Assembly (NCBI GenBank): GCA_050309605.1
Contig: JBNRMN010000010.1
Coordinates: 8,936 to 72,935, forward strand
Length of the DNA: 64,000 nt
Origin: Anaerohalosphaeraceae bacterium
GTDB lineage: Bacteria > Planctomycetota > Phycisphaerae > Sedimentisphaerales > Anaerohalosphaeraceae
Direction: 5' to 3'
Shown here one piece after another: positions 19,277-30,049 of this stretch. Both the position numbers and the translations under genes were made by a program. Under the pieces are notes generated by a model, which saw only the letters and a program-made list of their open reading frames with translations, did not search any database and was not told the DNA's origin. The stretch's first letter is position 1. Every line of letters begins with the position of its first letter.

Positions 19277-21790
19277 ATGGAAGTCTATATGCAGGAGAGA
19301 TGCAATATGTTCAAATCGGCTTTTTGTCAGTATGCGGCCTGTATCATTGCCGCGGCGGGCTTTGTTTGCGCGACCCACGCCGCGACGTATGAAGTGAATT
19401 CCATTGCCGCACTCCAGTCGCGCATCAACAGCGCCATGCCGGGCGACCGGATACTTGTTGCCGACGGGACTTATACCACGTCCGCTTCGATTACGATCAA
19501 TCGGGTCGGCACGGCGGTGCAGCCGATTGTGATTGAAGCGGAGTCCATCGGCGGCGTCGAGATCGCGGGAACGCATGGGTTTACTCTGAACAGTCCGGCT
19601 GCTTACATTCATATCCGCGGGTTTAAATTTACCCATCCGGCCGGACGAAACACCATCAACAGCGGAGCAACCCACTGTCGTTTCACGCGAAATATTTTTG
19701 AATGTACCGGTACGGGTAATTTCCTTCTTGTTGCCGGTCATGATGCCGAAATTGACCGCAATGAGTTCCGTAACAAAAGCACTGACGGCAATATGATCGA
19801 CGTACGCGGTTCAGGCAGCCAGATTGCCCGTCGCGTTTGGATTCATCACAACTATTTCCGTGATTTTTTGCCGTCCGGTTCGGGCGACGCTGAAACGATT
19901 CGCTTTGGTCTGAGCGGTTTGAGTATGTCCACCGGCGACGGACTGATCGAATACAATCTGTTTGTCAACTGCCGCGGCGAGAACGAACTGATTTCGAACA
20001 AATCCAGCGGCAATATCTACCGCTACAACACCTTCCTGAATTCGGCAGGCGCCCAACTGACCCTGCGCCACGGCAATGACTGTCTGGCGTACGGCAATTA
20101 TTTTCGCGGCACCGATGGTCTGCGGGTTTTCGGCGACCGTCACGTGATTTTCTCCAATTATTTTGAAGGCAACACGCAAGGTGTTCAGATGGGCAACGGC
20201 GGCGGTGAGGTGGCCGACGGTGATCCGCTGACGAGCCATGACCGACCCGACGATGTGGTTGTCGCCTTCAATACATTTATCAATAACAACACGCATTATC
20301 GCATGTCCGGCCGTACCAATGGTCTGGGCGCTGTAAATATCACAGTTGCCAACAATATCTTTCAGGGCGGTGGAACGGTAGCCAGCCTCAACGGTCCTTA
20401 TACCGGCTCGTGGCTCGGCAATATTCGCTGGAACACCGGCAGTGCCGGCGACATGCCGTCCAGCGGCTATCAGATTGTCAATCCGCTTCTGTCGCCCGAT
20501 GCAAACGGCGTCTATCATCTTCAGGCGGGCAGTCCGGCCATCGATGCAGCTCTTGGTGCGTTTCCGCTTGTTACGGTCGATATGGACGGCCAGCCGCGGG
20601 ACGCCAATCCTGACATCGGGGCGGACGAGTTTTCCGATGCGCCCGTGATCGCCCGGATTCTGACGGTTGCCGATGTGGGCCCCTTTTCCAATCTGCTTCC
20701 CTTCGACCCCGATACGCCGACCGATCAGCCGTTGACCGTCGGCGATGATGTGGTTTTTCGGGTTATTCCTTTGCCCGACGTCACGGTGCTGAGCGCACAA
20801 TGGTTTGAAGTAACGTCGTCAGGACAGATTGCCGTCGGCACCGATGCGCTCACACTGACCCTCCCCAAGGTGCGAAAAACGGATGCGGGAAGAAAGTTTT
20901 TCTGTCGTGTCACCACGGCCCGGGGCACGTTTACGTCCCGCACGGCGGAGATTCGTTCACCGCATACGGATTTGGTTATGCATTTGACTTTTGACGACGG
21001 CACGGCAAACGATCTTTCCGGACGTGGAAACCACGGTATCTTGATGAATGGCGCCGCCGTTGTCAATGATCCGGATCGCGGTTATGTCTTGCAATTGGAT
21101 GGGGTGGATGATTATGTTGATGCGGGGACGGCCGATTCTCTGGATCTCAGTGTTCGCGGACAGGCAACGCTGGCGGCATGGATTAAAATGACAAACAGCA
21201 AGGTTCATCATGCCGTTATCACCAAGGGCGAATGGAAGGACGCATACTCCCTGCTGATTAAAGGCGACACCGGCGATGTCCTCTGGACCGGTAATCCTGT
21301 CTCGGTTTTTTCGTCCGATCCGATTCCGACGGGTATCTGGACGCATGTGGCGGTGGTGATTACCGGCAGTCTGGCCACTTTTTATATTAACGGACAGGCC
21401 TCCGGGCCGGCCAATCAGAATCGGGGCGGCCCGATCAACAGCAATCCGCTTCATCGTCTCCAGATTGGCCGCGAGGACCGCAGTACCGACGGCACATTGG
21501 CTCGATGGTATTTTGACGGGCTTATGGATGATGTTCGACTATACGCCGCGGCGCTGACGGACTCCGATATTCGGCATATTATGAATCCTCCCCCGGCCGC
21601 CGACATCAATGGTGACGGACGGATTGATTGGAGCGACTTTTGCTATATCAGTGCTCAATGGGATACCGACGGTGCATTCAACCCTTCAGCCGACATTGCG
21701 CCCCCTCAGGGGGATGGTCGGGTGGACATGGACGATCTGAGTATATTGATTCAACAATGGCTGACAATGAATGAAAGGACATCATGGTAA
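19277..21790 (+). CDS. PL6 polysaccharide lyase (alginate lyase/chondroitinase B-like) + Ig + LamG + dockerin-like tail
   Basis: [38 protein letters not shown] and GLRVFG are PL6 motifs. C-terminal LamG, then [14 protein letters not shown]...[10 protein letters not shown]. Confidence 0.88.
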   Translation: MEVYMQERCNMFKSAFCQYAACIIAAAGFVCATHAATYEVNSIAALQSRINSAMPGDRILVADGTYTTSASITINRVGTAVQPIVIEAESIGGVEIAGTHGFTLNSPAAYIHIRGFKFTHPAGRNTINSGATHCRFTRNIFECTGTGNFLLVAGHDAEIDRNEFRNKSTDGNMIDVRGSGSQIARRVWIHHNYFRDFLPSGSGDAETIRFGLSGLSMSTGDGLIEYNLFVNCRGENELISNKSSGNIYRYNTFLNSAGAQLTLRHGNDCLAYGNYFRGTDGLRVFGDRHVIFSNYFEGNTQGVQMGNGGGEVADGDPLTSHDRPDDVVVAFNTFINNNTHYRMSGRTNGLGAVNITVANNIFQGGGTVASLNGPYTGSWLGNIRWNTGSAGDMPSSGYQIVNPLLSPDANGVYHLQAGSPAIDAALGAFPLVTVDMDGQPRDANPDIGADEFSDAPVIARILTVADVGPFSNLLPFDPDTPTDQPLTVGDDVVFRVIPLPDVTVLSAQWFEVTSSGQIAVGTDALTLTLPKVRKTDAGRKFFCRVTTARGTFTSRTAEIRSPHTDLVMHLTFDDGTANDLSGRGNHGILMNGAAVVNDPDRGYVLQLDGVDDYVDAGTADSLDLSVRGQATLAAWIKMTNSKVHHAVITKGEWKDAYSLLIKGDTGDVLWTGNPVSVFSSDPIPTGIWTHVAVVITGSLATFYINGQASGPANQNRGGPINSNPLHRLQIGREDRSTDGTLARWYFDGLMDDVRLYAAALTDSDIRHIMNPPPAADINGDGRIDWSDFCYISAQWDTDGAFNPSADIAPPQGDGRVDMDDLSILIQQWLTMNERTSW

Positions 21791-24303
21791 TTCAAAGAGG
21801 ATGGCCGGTTTATGTACTGGTATGGATGTTGCCGTTCGGTGTGGTTCATCTTTTTGCAGAGGGGAAAAATGATTTATCGGCCGGTGTTGAAGGGAATCTC
21901 GAAAATGAATCGGCGTTGCGACTTTGGTATGATCAGCCTGCGGGAAAATGGGACGAAGCACTGCCGCTCGGCAACGGGCGGCTGGGTGCGATGATGTTCG
22001 GCGGCACGACCGTCGAACGATTTCAGTTGAATGAAGAGACGCTCTATTCGGGCTATCCCGGCTATCGGGATCAGCCTTTGAAAATCGGCGAAACGCTGGA
22101 TGACGTCTCGGCCATGATTGCCCGTCGGCAATTTGCCGAGGCCGATCAGTATATAACCCGTCACTGGCTCGGCGGCGCACAGGCCTGTTATCAGCCGCTG
22201 GGTGATTTATACCTGGATTTTGTACCCTCCGGACAGGTCGTCGATTACCGTCGCGAGCTCGATCTGGCGACCGCGGTTTATCGGGTGGTGTATCGGCAGG
22301 ATGATGTCGTCTATACGCGCGAGGCGTTTATAAGTCATCCCGACCAGGTGCTGGTGGTGCGTCTGACAGCGGATACCCCCGGACGGATTTCATTTTCGGT
22401 TCGACTGACCTCGCCGCACCCGACCGCCCGGAGCACTGTCGAAGGTCCTTCCGGCTTGCGTTTGTCCGGCCAAGCGCCCGGCGCGGCGCTGCGGCGCACA
22501 CTCGAATGGGTCGAAGAAAGAAATGAAACATATAAATACCCTTTGCTCTGGGACGAGCAGGGAAATCGGCGTCATGGTGATAAAACGGTTCTTTATGGAG
22601 CCGAGGCTGACAACGAGGGGATGTTCTTCAGTGCGCATCTGCACATTCAAATGACCGGCGGCCGGCTTACCTCGCAATCCGGCATGCTGACGATACATAA
22701 TGCCGATGCGGCGGAACTTCGTCTGGCCGCTGCAACAAGTTTCAACGGGTTTAACAAAAACCCTGTCCGTGAGGGCATCGATCCTTCGGCGATAACGAAT
22801 CAACGACTTCAGGCTGCCAGCCGCTATTCGTATGCCGGTCTGCGACAGCGCCACATTCAGGATTACAAGCCATTATTTGATCGCGTCGCACTCCGAATCG
22901 GCCAAGTCGGTTCGGAGGCTTCTTTGCCGACCGATCAACGTATTGCACTGGCCGGGCAGGGTCGAGATCCGGGCCTGATGGTTCTGTATTTTCAGTTCGG
23001 TCGTTATCTGATGATTGCCGGCTCGCGTTCGGGAACGCAGCCGCTTAATCTTCAGGGCATCTGGAATCCGCACATCATTCCTCCCTGGGCCAGCGCTTAT
23101 ACGATGAATATCAACACCCAGATGAATTACTGGCCAGCGGAGGTAACCAATCTTTCAGAGTGTTTTGAACCGCTGCTTCGGCTGACGCGCGAGTTGGCCG
23201 TTGACGGACGACAAGTCGCCCGCGAGGTGTACGGGATGAACGGCTGGGCAGCACATCACAACACGAGTATTTGGCGATGCGCCCAACCTGTGGATTTTGT
23301 CGCACGCACGGCTTATTGGCCGCTGAGTTCCGGCTGGCTGTGTCAGCATTTATATGATCATTATCTGTTTAACGGCGATCTAGACTATTTGCGTAAACAG
23401 GCCTGGCCGCTGATGAAGGGCGCCTGTGCCTTTTATCTGGACTGGCTTGTTGAAGATGACGACGGAGCCTTGGTCACGCCCGTCAGCACGTCGCCCGAAA
23501 ATGTATTTTCCTATATCGACGCTGACGGAAGCCGCCGGCAAGCCAGTGTGAGTCAGGGGGCAACGATGGATATGACCATTATTCGGGAGCTGTTTACCAA
23601 TACGCTGCAAGCCGCTGAGCAGCTTAATGTTGAGCCGCAGTTTCGCCGCAGGCTTCGCCAAGTCCTGCCCTTGCTGAAACCCATTCAGATCGGCAGACAG
23701 GGGCAGATTCTTGAATGGCAGGAAGAGTTCGACGAACCCAGCCCGACGCACCGTCATATCTCACATTTATACGGTCTTCATCCCGGCAATCAGATTACGC
23801 CGCGTCACACACCTGAGTTGGTCGCGGCGGCACGAAAAACGCTTGAGACTCGAGGCGACGGCGGCACCGGCTGGAGCAAAGCATGGAAGGTTAATTTCTG
23901 GGCGCGTCTGGAAGACGGCGACCATGCGTATAAGATGCTCTGTGAACTGTTGGCCGGCTCTACAATGCCGAATCTGTTCGATACGCATCCACCGTTCCAG
24001 ATCGACGGCAATTTCGGCGGTACAGCGGGCATCGCAGAAATGCTGCTGCATAGTCATGCCGGAGAAGTTGTTCTGCTGCCGGCATTGCCCTCAGCGTGGC
24101 CTGCAGGTTCGTTCAAGGGGCTGCGTGCCCGCGGCGGTTTTGAAATAAATATCGACTGGCAAGCCGGTAAAATGACATCGGCTCGCATTGTTTCGCTTCT
24201 GGGCAATTCGTTGACGCTCCGTTACGGCGATGTTGTTGTTACCTGCGATACCAAGCCCGGCCAGACAATGACGTTCGATGCAAATCTGAAATACATCCCG
24301 TGA
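21784..24303 (+). CDS. GH95 alpha-L-fucosidase (canonical)
   Basis: [65 protein letters not shown] and PFQIDGNFG. Confidence 0.95.
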   Translation: MVIQRGWPVYVLVWMLPFGVVHLFAEGKNDLSAGVEGNLENESALRLWYDQPAGKWDEALPLGNGRLGAMMFGGTTVERFQLNEETLYSGYPGYRDQPLKIGETLDDVSAMIARRQFAEADQYITRHWLGGAQACYQPLGDLYLDFVPSGQVVDYRRELDLATAVYRVVYRQDDVVYTREAFISHPDQVLVVRLTADTPGRISFSVRLTSPHPTARSTVEGPSGLRLSGQAPGAALRRTLEWVEERNETYKYPLLWDEQGNRRHGDKTVLYGAEADNEGMFFSAHLHIQMTGGRLTSQSGMLTIHNADAAELRLAAATSFNGFNKNPVREGIDPSAITNQRLQAASRYSYAGLRQRHIQDYKPLFDRVALRIGQVGSEASLPTDQRIALAGQGRDPGLMVLYFQFGRYLMIAGSRSGTQPLNLQGIWNPHIIPPWASAYTMNINTQMNYWPAEVTNLSECFEPLLRLTRELAVDGRQVAREVYGMNGWAAHHNTSIWRCAQPVDFVARTAYWPLSSGWLCQHLYDHYLFNGDLDYLRKQAWPLMKGACAFYLDWLVEDDDGALVTPVSTSPENVFSYIDADGSRRQASVSQGATMDMTIIRELFTNTLQAAEQLNVEPQFRRRLRQVLPLLKPIQIGRQGQILEWQEEFDEPSPTHRHISHLYGLHPGNQITPRHTPELVAAARKTLETRGDGGTGWSKAWKVNFWARLEDGDHAYKMLCELLAGSTMPNLFDTHPPFQIDGNFGGTAGIAEMLLHSHAGEVVLLPALPSAWPAGSFKGLRARGGFEINIDWQAGKMTSARIVSLLGNSLTLRYGDVVVTCDTKPGQTMTFDANLKYIP

Positions 24304-24372
24304 TTTCGTGTTGCACGAAACACGGTTTGATAAACGAATCAAGAATCAACGAGACAAGAGAAAGGCAAATCG

Positions 24373-27300
24373 ATGAACAGGACGGTAGGTATTTTTCTGA
24401 GTATGTTAACGGTCTTGATTGTGTATGGCGGAACTGTTAAAGCGGCTTCGAATACCTCTCTACGGCTGACGGATAACTGGGAATTTGTACGCGGCGATTT
24501 GGGCGGCGTATGGGAGGCGCTTCGCAGCGACCGGTTAAGCAACAGCCTGCCGGTCTGGCAAAAAGTCTCTCTGCCGCATTGTTATAACGCTTTCGATTCG
24601 GTCGATCCGGATGGGCCCTATTATCAGGGACCGGCCTGGTATCGCACGCAATTAACAATTGACAACCCCTGGCCCGATGGACGCACGCTGCTTGTGTTTG
24701 AAGGCGCCGGCCAAAAGACCGAGGTCTATATTGACACCCAAAAAGTCGGCGATCATATCGGCGGATATGATGCCTTTACACTTGATATTACCGATGCCGT
24801 CAACACGTATCAACAATCGCCGCATTATCAACAGGCCTCCGCCGACCGATACATCCGTCCGGGCCTGATTCCGCTGACGGTACGCTGTGAGAACACCCGC
24901 GATCTGGAAATGATTCCGTCCGATCTGAGCGACTTCAATCTCTACGGCGGGCTGTATCGCCACGTTCACCTGGTCTATGAACCGGCGATCTCATTGGAAC
25001 AGATACACATCAAAACCGAACGACAGCCTTCGGACAATGAATGGCTCGTCAGCGTCGAAGGACGGGTGTACAATCCTCTGCGATTTAACAAGAAGACGAC
25101 GGCAACCGTTCGCCTCTTTGCTCCGGACGGTGAGCTGGTTTTTACGACGCAGACCGATGTTTCGTCTTTACAAAGCACCCAGATACTTGCCCGATCAAAA
25201 CTGATCGATCCGGCGCTATGGTCCACACAGAAGCCGCATCTGTATCGGTGTGAGGTCGTGCTGCAAAGCCCGCGCAGTCACTCCATCATCAACGAGCGAT
25301 TCGGTTTTCGCTGGTTTGAGTTTGCCGAAAAGGGACCTTTTTATCTGAATGGTGAGCGTCTGCTGCTTCGGGGGACTCATCGCCACGAAGATCATGCGGG
25401 TCTGGCCGCTGCAATGACGGACGACTTGATGGAAAAAGAAATCCGTCTGATGAAAGCCATGGGCGTCAACTTCCTCCGACTGGGGCACTATCCGCAGTCG
25501 CGTCATGTGCTGCATCTGTGCGACGAGCTGGGTATCCTCGTCTGGGAGGAAATTCCCTGGTGTCGCGGCGGTCTCGGCGGTGAGCGTTATCAACAGCAGG
25601 CGCGCGACATGCTGCGGGCGATGATCGATCAGCATCGCAACCATCCGTCTGTGATCATCTGGGGGCTGGGCAATGAGAACGACTGGCCCGGTGATTTTGA
25701 AACATTCGACCGGGAGCAGATACGCGGCTTTATGCGCGAGCTGCATGAACTGGCACACCGGTTGGATCCGCAGCGCAAAACCGCGATTCGGCGATGCGCC
25801 TTTTGCAGCGATATTGTGGATGTCTATTCGCCGTCCATCTGGGCGGGCTGGTATCGGGGTCGATTCATCGAATACAAAGACGTCTCCGAAAGCGAAATGC
25901 AGAAGGTCAATCATTTTCTGCATGTCGAATGGGGCGGCGACAGCCACGCAGGCCGACACGCCGAAAATCCGTATATTTATCTGGCGGACGTGGCCGCGAC
26001 CGGACAGGCCGACGAACGCGGCATGGATTTTATGATGACCGGCGGACAGGCCCGCGCCTCCCGCGACGGCGACTGGTCGGAAAGCTACATCTGCGATCTG
26101 ATTGATTGGCACCTGAAGGAGCAGGAAACGATGGACTGGCTGACGGGTACGGCGTTCTGGATCTTCAAGGATTTCTCCACGCCGCTGCGACCGGATAACC
26201 CGGTGCCGTTTATGAACCAAAAAGGCGCTGTCGAACGCGATCTGACGCCGAAAGAGGCGTATTACGTTTATCAATCCTACTGGACCGAGACGCCGATGGT
26301 CCATCTCTATGCCCATAACTGGCCGGTGCGGTGGGGGGCTTCGAACGAGCGCAAGACGGTTAAAGTCTATTCCAATTGTCCGAACGTTGAGCTGTTTGTC
26401 AACGGCCGATCCGCAGGCGTAAAACAGCGAAACAGTCAGGATTATCCCGCCGCCGGGCTGCGATGGTCGGTTGCTTTCCGAAGCGGGATGAACCATTTAC
26501 GAGCCGTCGCCCGAAAGGATGGGGTTAACGTGTCCGATGAGATCGTCTTTCGTTATGAAACGCGGCGCTGGGGGGACCCGGCGCGTTTGACGCTGAAGAT
26601 CGTTGACCGCTCGGATGATCATGCGGTAATTGAAACCACTTTGCTGGATGAAAATGGCGTCATCTGTCTGGACAGCCGTCAGTTCGTGCGATTGGGTCTG
26701 ACCGGCGACGGCACGTTGCTGGATAATCTCGGCACCTCCCGCGGTGCACGTAAGGTTCAGTTGTATAACGGCCGGGCGCAAATCAGTGTGCGTCTCAACG
26801 GCGGACAGTCTGTCGCCTCGGTATCCACCGACGGATGCCCAACGACGTTTCTGGAGATCGGTCCTGATCCGATGAACACGACATTGAAAGAGACGCCGCG
26901 AGCGGAACGGGCCTCGGCGGCGGCGCGCATAGACCGTGAACGTATCCTGAAATTGGCCGAATCCTATATGTCGATTGAACCGATTTCGTTGCGCGATTAT
27001 CCGGCTCCAGCCGATTATGTCGGCCCCGGCGACTTTTATTCGATGGGAGATTACTGGTGGCCCAATCCCGATACCGAAGACGGATTGCCTTATGTCCAGC
27101 GAGACGGCCAGTCCAATCCCGATAATTTTACCGAACATCGGATGGCGGTTCGGAGACTTCGCGATGCGGTTGCGGCGCTGGCGGCGGCGTATGCATTGGA
27201 CGGCAACGAGCGTTTTGCGCAGAAAGCGGTATCGTTGTTAAACACCTTTTTTGTGGATAAAGACAAACGGATGAATCCTCATTTGCTTTATGCGCAAGCG

Positions 27301-28041
27301 ATTCCCGGAAGAACCCAAGGACGCGGCATCGGGATTATCGACACACTGCATCTGGCGGAAGTGCCGCTGGCGATTGAGGCACTGAAAAACTCGGATGCGA
27401 TGACATTAGAAACTCTGGACGGCCTGAAACAGTGGTTTGCCGACTATGCCGATTGGATGACCACTCATCCGCAGGGCATTGATGAAATGAATACGGAGAA
27501 TAATCACGCTGTGGCCTATTTTGTTCAGGTGACAACCTTTGCCCGCTTGGTCGGCGACGAGGAAAAGCTGGAGTTGGCACGGCGCCGGCTTAAAGAGGTC
27601 ATTATGCCGTCTCAGATGGCGCAGGACGGCAGCTTCCCGCGCGAGCTGACCCGCACCAAACCCTACGGCTATTCCATATTCCAGTTGGACAATATGAGTC
27701 TGTTGTGTGAACTGCTTTCGACTGAGCAGGACAATCTCTGGGTATTCACACTTCCCGACGGACGAAATATGCAAAAAGCGATGGAATTATTATTTCCCTA
27801 TTTGAAGGACAAGTCGCAATGGCCGTATCGCGCGGACATTGAGCATTTCGAAGATTGGCCTGTTCGTCAGCCTTGCCTGCTTCTGGCCGGATACGCCTTC
27901 GGACGGCCGGATTATCTGTCGCTGTGGAAGACGCTGGATCCCGACCCGACGAATTTGGAAGTGCAGCGGAATATGGCGGTTACCCAGCCGCTGCTGTGGC
28001 TGCTCAGAGCCGAGGATGTACCGCTGCTGAAAGCCAACTAA
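24373..28041 (+). CDS. GH2 glycoside hydrolase fused to a C-terminal alginate-lyase-fold (PF05426, PL38-like) domain
   Basis: GH2: [44 protein letters not shown]. Lyase from about 26930: [42 protein letters not shown]. Confidence 0.88.
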   Translation: MNRTVGIFLSMLTVLIVYGGTVKAASNTSLRLTDNWEFVRGDLGGVWEALRSDRLSNSLPVWQKVSLPHCYNAFDSVDPDGPYYQGPAWYRTQLTIDNPWPDGRTLLVFEGAGQKTEVYIDTQKVGDHIGGYDAFTLDITDAVNTYQQSPHYQQASADRYIRPGLIPLTVRCENTRDLEMIPSDLSDFNLYGGLYRHVHLVYEPAISLEQIHIKTERQPSDNEWLVSVEGRVYNPLRFNKKTTATVRLFAPDGELVFTTQTDVSSLQSTQILARSKLIDPALWSTQKPHLYRCEVVLQSPRSHSIINERFGFRWFEFAEKGPFYLNGERLLLRGTHRHEDHAGLAAAMTDDLMEKEIRLMKAMGVNFLRLGHYPQSRHVLHLCDELGILVWEEIPWCRGGLGGERYQQQARDMLRAMIDQHRNHPSVIIWGLGNENDWPGDFETFDREQIRGFMRELHELAHRLDPQRKTAIRRCAFCSDIVDVYSPSIWAGWYRGRFIEYKDVSESEMQKVNHFLHVEWGGDSHAGRHAENPYIYLADVAATGQADERGMDFMMTGGQARASRDGDWSESYICDLIDWHLKEQETMDWLTGTAFWIFKDFSTPLRPDNPVPFMNQKGAVERDLTPKEAYYVYQSYWTETPMVHLYAHNWPVRWGASNERKTVKVYSNCPNVELFVNGRSAGVKQRNSQDYPAAGLRWSVAFRSGMNHLRAVARKDGVNVSDEIVFRYETRRWGDPARLTLKIVDRSDDHAVIETTLLDENGVICLDSRQFVRLGLTGDGTLLDNLGTSRGARKVQLYNGRAQISVRLNGGQSVASVSTDGCPTTFLEIGPDPMNTTLKETPRAERASAAARIDRERILKLAESYMSIEPISLRDYPAPADYVGPGDFYSMGDYWWPNPDTEDGLPYVQRDGQSNPDNFTEHRMAVRRLRDAVAALAAAYALDGNERFAQKAVSLLNTFFVDKDKRMNPHLLYAQAIPGRTQGRGIGIIDTLHLAEVPLAIEALKNSDAMTLETLDGLKQWFADYADWMTTHPQGIDEMNTENNHAVAYFVQVTTFARLVGDEEKLELARRRLKEVIMPSQMAQDGSFPRELTRTKPYGYSIFQLDNMSLLCELLSTEQDNLWVFTLPDGRNMQKAMELLFPYLKDKSQWPYRADIEHFEDWPVRQPCLLLAGYAFGRPDYLSLWKTLDPDPTNLEVQRNMAVTQPLLWLLRAEDVPLLKAN

Positions 28042-28097
28042 AAAACAAAGGTGTGCAGAAACCCAAGAAATCAAAGAGTCTGCGAAGGGTATTTCAG

Positions 28098-28957
28098 ATG
28101 ACTTACAGAATTGCGCATTCTGCTCGAGTATCCGTTCTGCTGAGTGTGGTTTTCATAGCAGTCATTCAGACTTGTGCGACTGCCGATACACTGCCGGACG
28201 ACCTTCAATTAACAGAACGTCAGAAGAAGCCTGACTTGGTGTGGTGGCGTGAATCGATGAAAACCCGCGACCAGCGGCTGGCGTGGTGGGAGGATGCACG
28301 TTTCGGCATGTTCATTCACTGGGGTGTTTATTCCGAACCCGGCGGCGAATGGAAGGGAAGACCGGTCGGCGGTTACGCTGAACACCTGATGCGCAAGTGC
28401 AAAATTCCCCGCGCCGAGTAGATCGAACGACAAAAATCGAACTGGCCGCAGAGCGCATAGACGGCCCGGATGTTCGGATTGTCATCCCGGCTCAGATGCC
28501 GCATCCCGCCGACAGTGTCATTGAGGTGATTTTTGAGGGCGAACCAGTCGTTTCAAAATCTCGACTTCTTGATCCGGCGGCTCCGCTTAACCGGCTGCAC
28601 GTGTTTGACAGCGACCACCACGACGGTGTACGCTTTATGGATGGCAAGGCCAACCGCGATTGTACGCTGGGATGGAATAATCCCGACACGGCCATTATCT
28701 GGAATGTCCGTCTCGATACTCCCGCTTTATTTGATCTTCAGGCGGTCGGCATTCATGGGGCACAGGGCGGCGGAACTATCGAACTTAAGATAGGTGAACA
28801 TCTTTTTTTCGGCACGCTTAATGGTAACAATGCAGATATTCCGCTTGGCCGAATTGATCTTGCGGCCGGAACACATTATATTCGTCTTCGTCCCTTAACG
28901 ACGGACGGCACTGATGCAATCCAACTGCGTTGCGTCGATCTGATAACCGTACGATAA
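28098..28957 (+). pseudogene. GH29 alpha-L-fucosidase with a large internal deletion
   Basis: 28098-28421 encodes a signal peptide plus [17 protein letters not shown]...GYAEHLM and stops at TAG. A second frame from about 28420 to 28957 encodes a C-terminal beta region (DVRIVIP...DSVIEV, CBM-like tail). The catalytic barrel between them is absent. Confidence 0.8.
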
Positions 28958-28986
28958 TCCGCTGATTGGCGTCTCACGGCAAGGGG

Positions 28987-30030
28987 TCAGCGTTCAACGA
29001 CGGCTTTGCCGATTGTTTTTAATTGGTCCAGATAGGGTTCGGGTATCAACCCGTCGGGCCGGACGGGAACGTCCCAGGTCACGCAGCCGCCGACGTCGAT
29101 GATCCGGCGAGTCCAGGGAATGACGACGGCTTCAAGGTCCTCGTAACGCGGCTTGCCGGTGCCCCATTTTTGACCGAGATAGCTGAGTTTATGGACGCGC
29201 GCACCATCGACCCGGCCGTCCGCTTCAATACGCCACAATCGGGAAGTCTCAATCTCGTTGATTTCACCACCTATATAATCCTCATGGGGCGTAATGGAAA
29301 GGACGCGGTCAATGACGCCGCGGTTGAAGGCTACCGCGCTGCGGGAATTTCCTGCACGTGCCGCAGCGGCGAAACTTTCGAAGTTGGGCGCATCGGGATG
29401 GCGATACATCGCATTGGGCCAGTAGCAGCCGTCAAACCACCAGCCGGCCACATGCTCGCCCCAGCGCAGCGACCATTCCCGGATGACCTGTTCCCATTTA
29501 AGCTGAAATTCCCGGTTGCGATGGGGGCCGGAATGGTACTCCAGGGCTTCCACGGCAACCCGATCGCGTCCCGGCGCCCCGGAAGGCAGATAGGCGATGA
29601 GTTTGATGTTGTATTTTTGCAGAGCCTTGGCCGTGTCAAGTATTAAGTCGCGTCGTGAGCACTTGCTTGGATGAATACCGACAAGTCTGTCATACGTTGT
29701 GTTGGGCGAAAGGGTGTAGCCCGAATTTTGTCCCACGGTCAGGATCAGATAGCCTGCTCCGGTGGAGTGGATTTGCTCGGCCAGCCCTTCGACGTCGAAG
29801 TTGTCGATCATTTCATTCCATTTTTCGACGTTCATATCAATCGTGTATTGTCGCGCCATCCAGTCGGCCAGGTAATGGGTCATCACGCCCCATTGGGCCT
29901 CTTTCATCCACACGGTGCGGTCTTCTTCAGCGTTGGCACAAATTGGCGCTGAGGCAAGGATAAGCAGTGTCATACAGAGAAGCAATGACGATCCGGAATG
30001 GGGTACAGGAAACTGCGGTTTCATAGTCAA
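28987..30030 (-). CDS. Small GH29-related (alpha-L-fucosidase-like TIM barrel) glycoside hydrolase
   Basis: WGVMTHYL, FDVEGLAEQI..GAGYLILT, RRDLI, GWWFDG (GH29-type nucleophile context) and VTWDVPVRPDG.IP. Signal peptide. No C-terminal beta domain. Confidence 0.7.
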   Translation of the reverse strand: MTMKPQFPVPHSGSSLLLCMTLLILASAPICANAEEDRTVWMKEAQWGVMTHYLADWMARQYTIDMNVEKWNEMIDNFDVEGLAEQIHSTGAGYLILTVGQNSGYTLSPNTTYDRLVGIHPSKCSRRDLILDTAKALQKYNIKLIAYLPSGAPGRDRVAVEALEYHSGPHRNREFQLKWEQVIREWSLRWGEHVAGWWFDGCYWPNAMYRHPDAPNFESFAAAARAGNSRSAVAFNRGVIDRVLSITPHEDYIGGEINEIETSRLWRIEADGRVDGARVHKLSYLGQKWGTGKPRYEDLEAVVIPWTRRIIDVGGCVTWDVPVRPDGLIPEPYLDQLKTIGKAVVER

Positions 30031-30049
30031 TATCTCCCGATTGTAAGGA

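Noticed and set aside
24304..24320. Small inverted repeats TTTCGTG-ttg-CACGAAA (24304) and TATCGAT-N6-ATCGATA (~38263-38282)
   Set aside because: Short, single-copy and not repeated elsewhere in the window, so insufficient to call operators or terminators.
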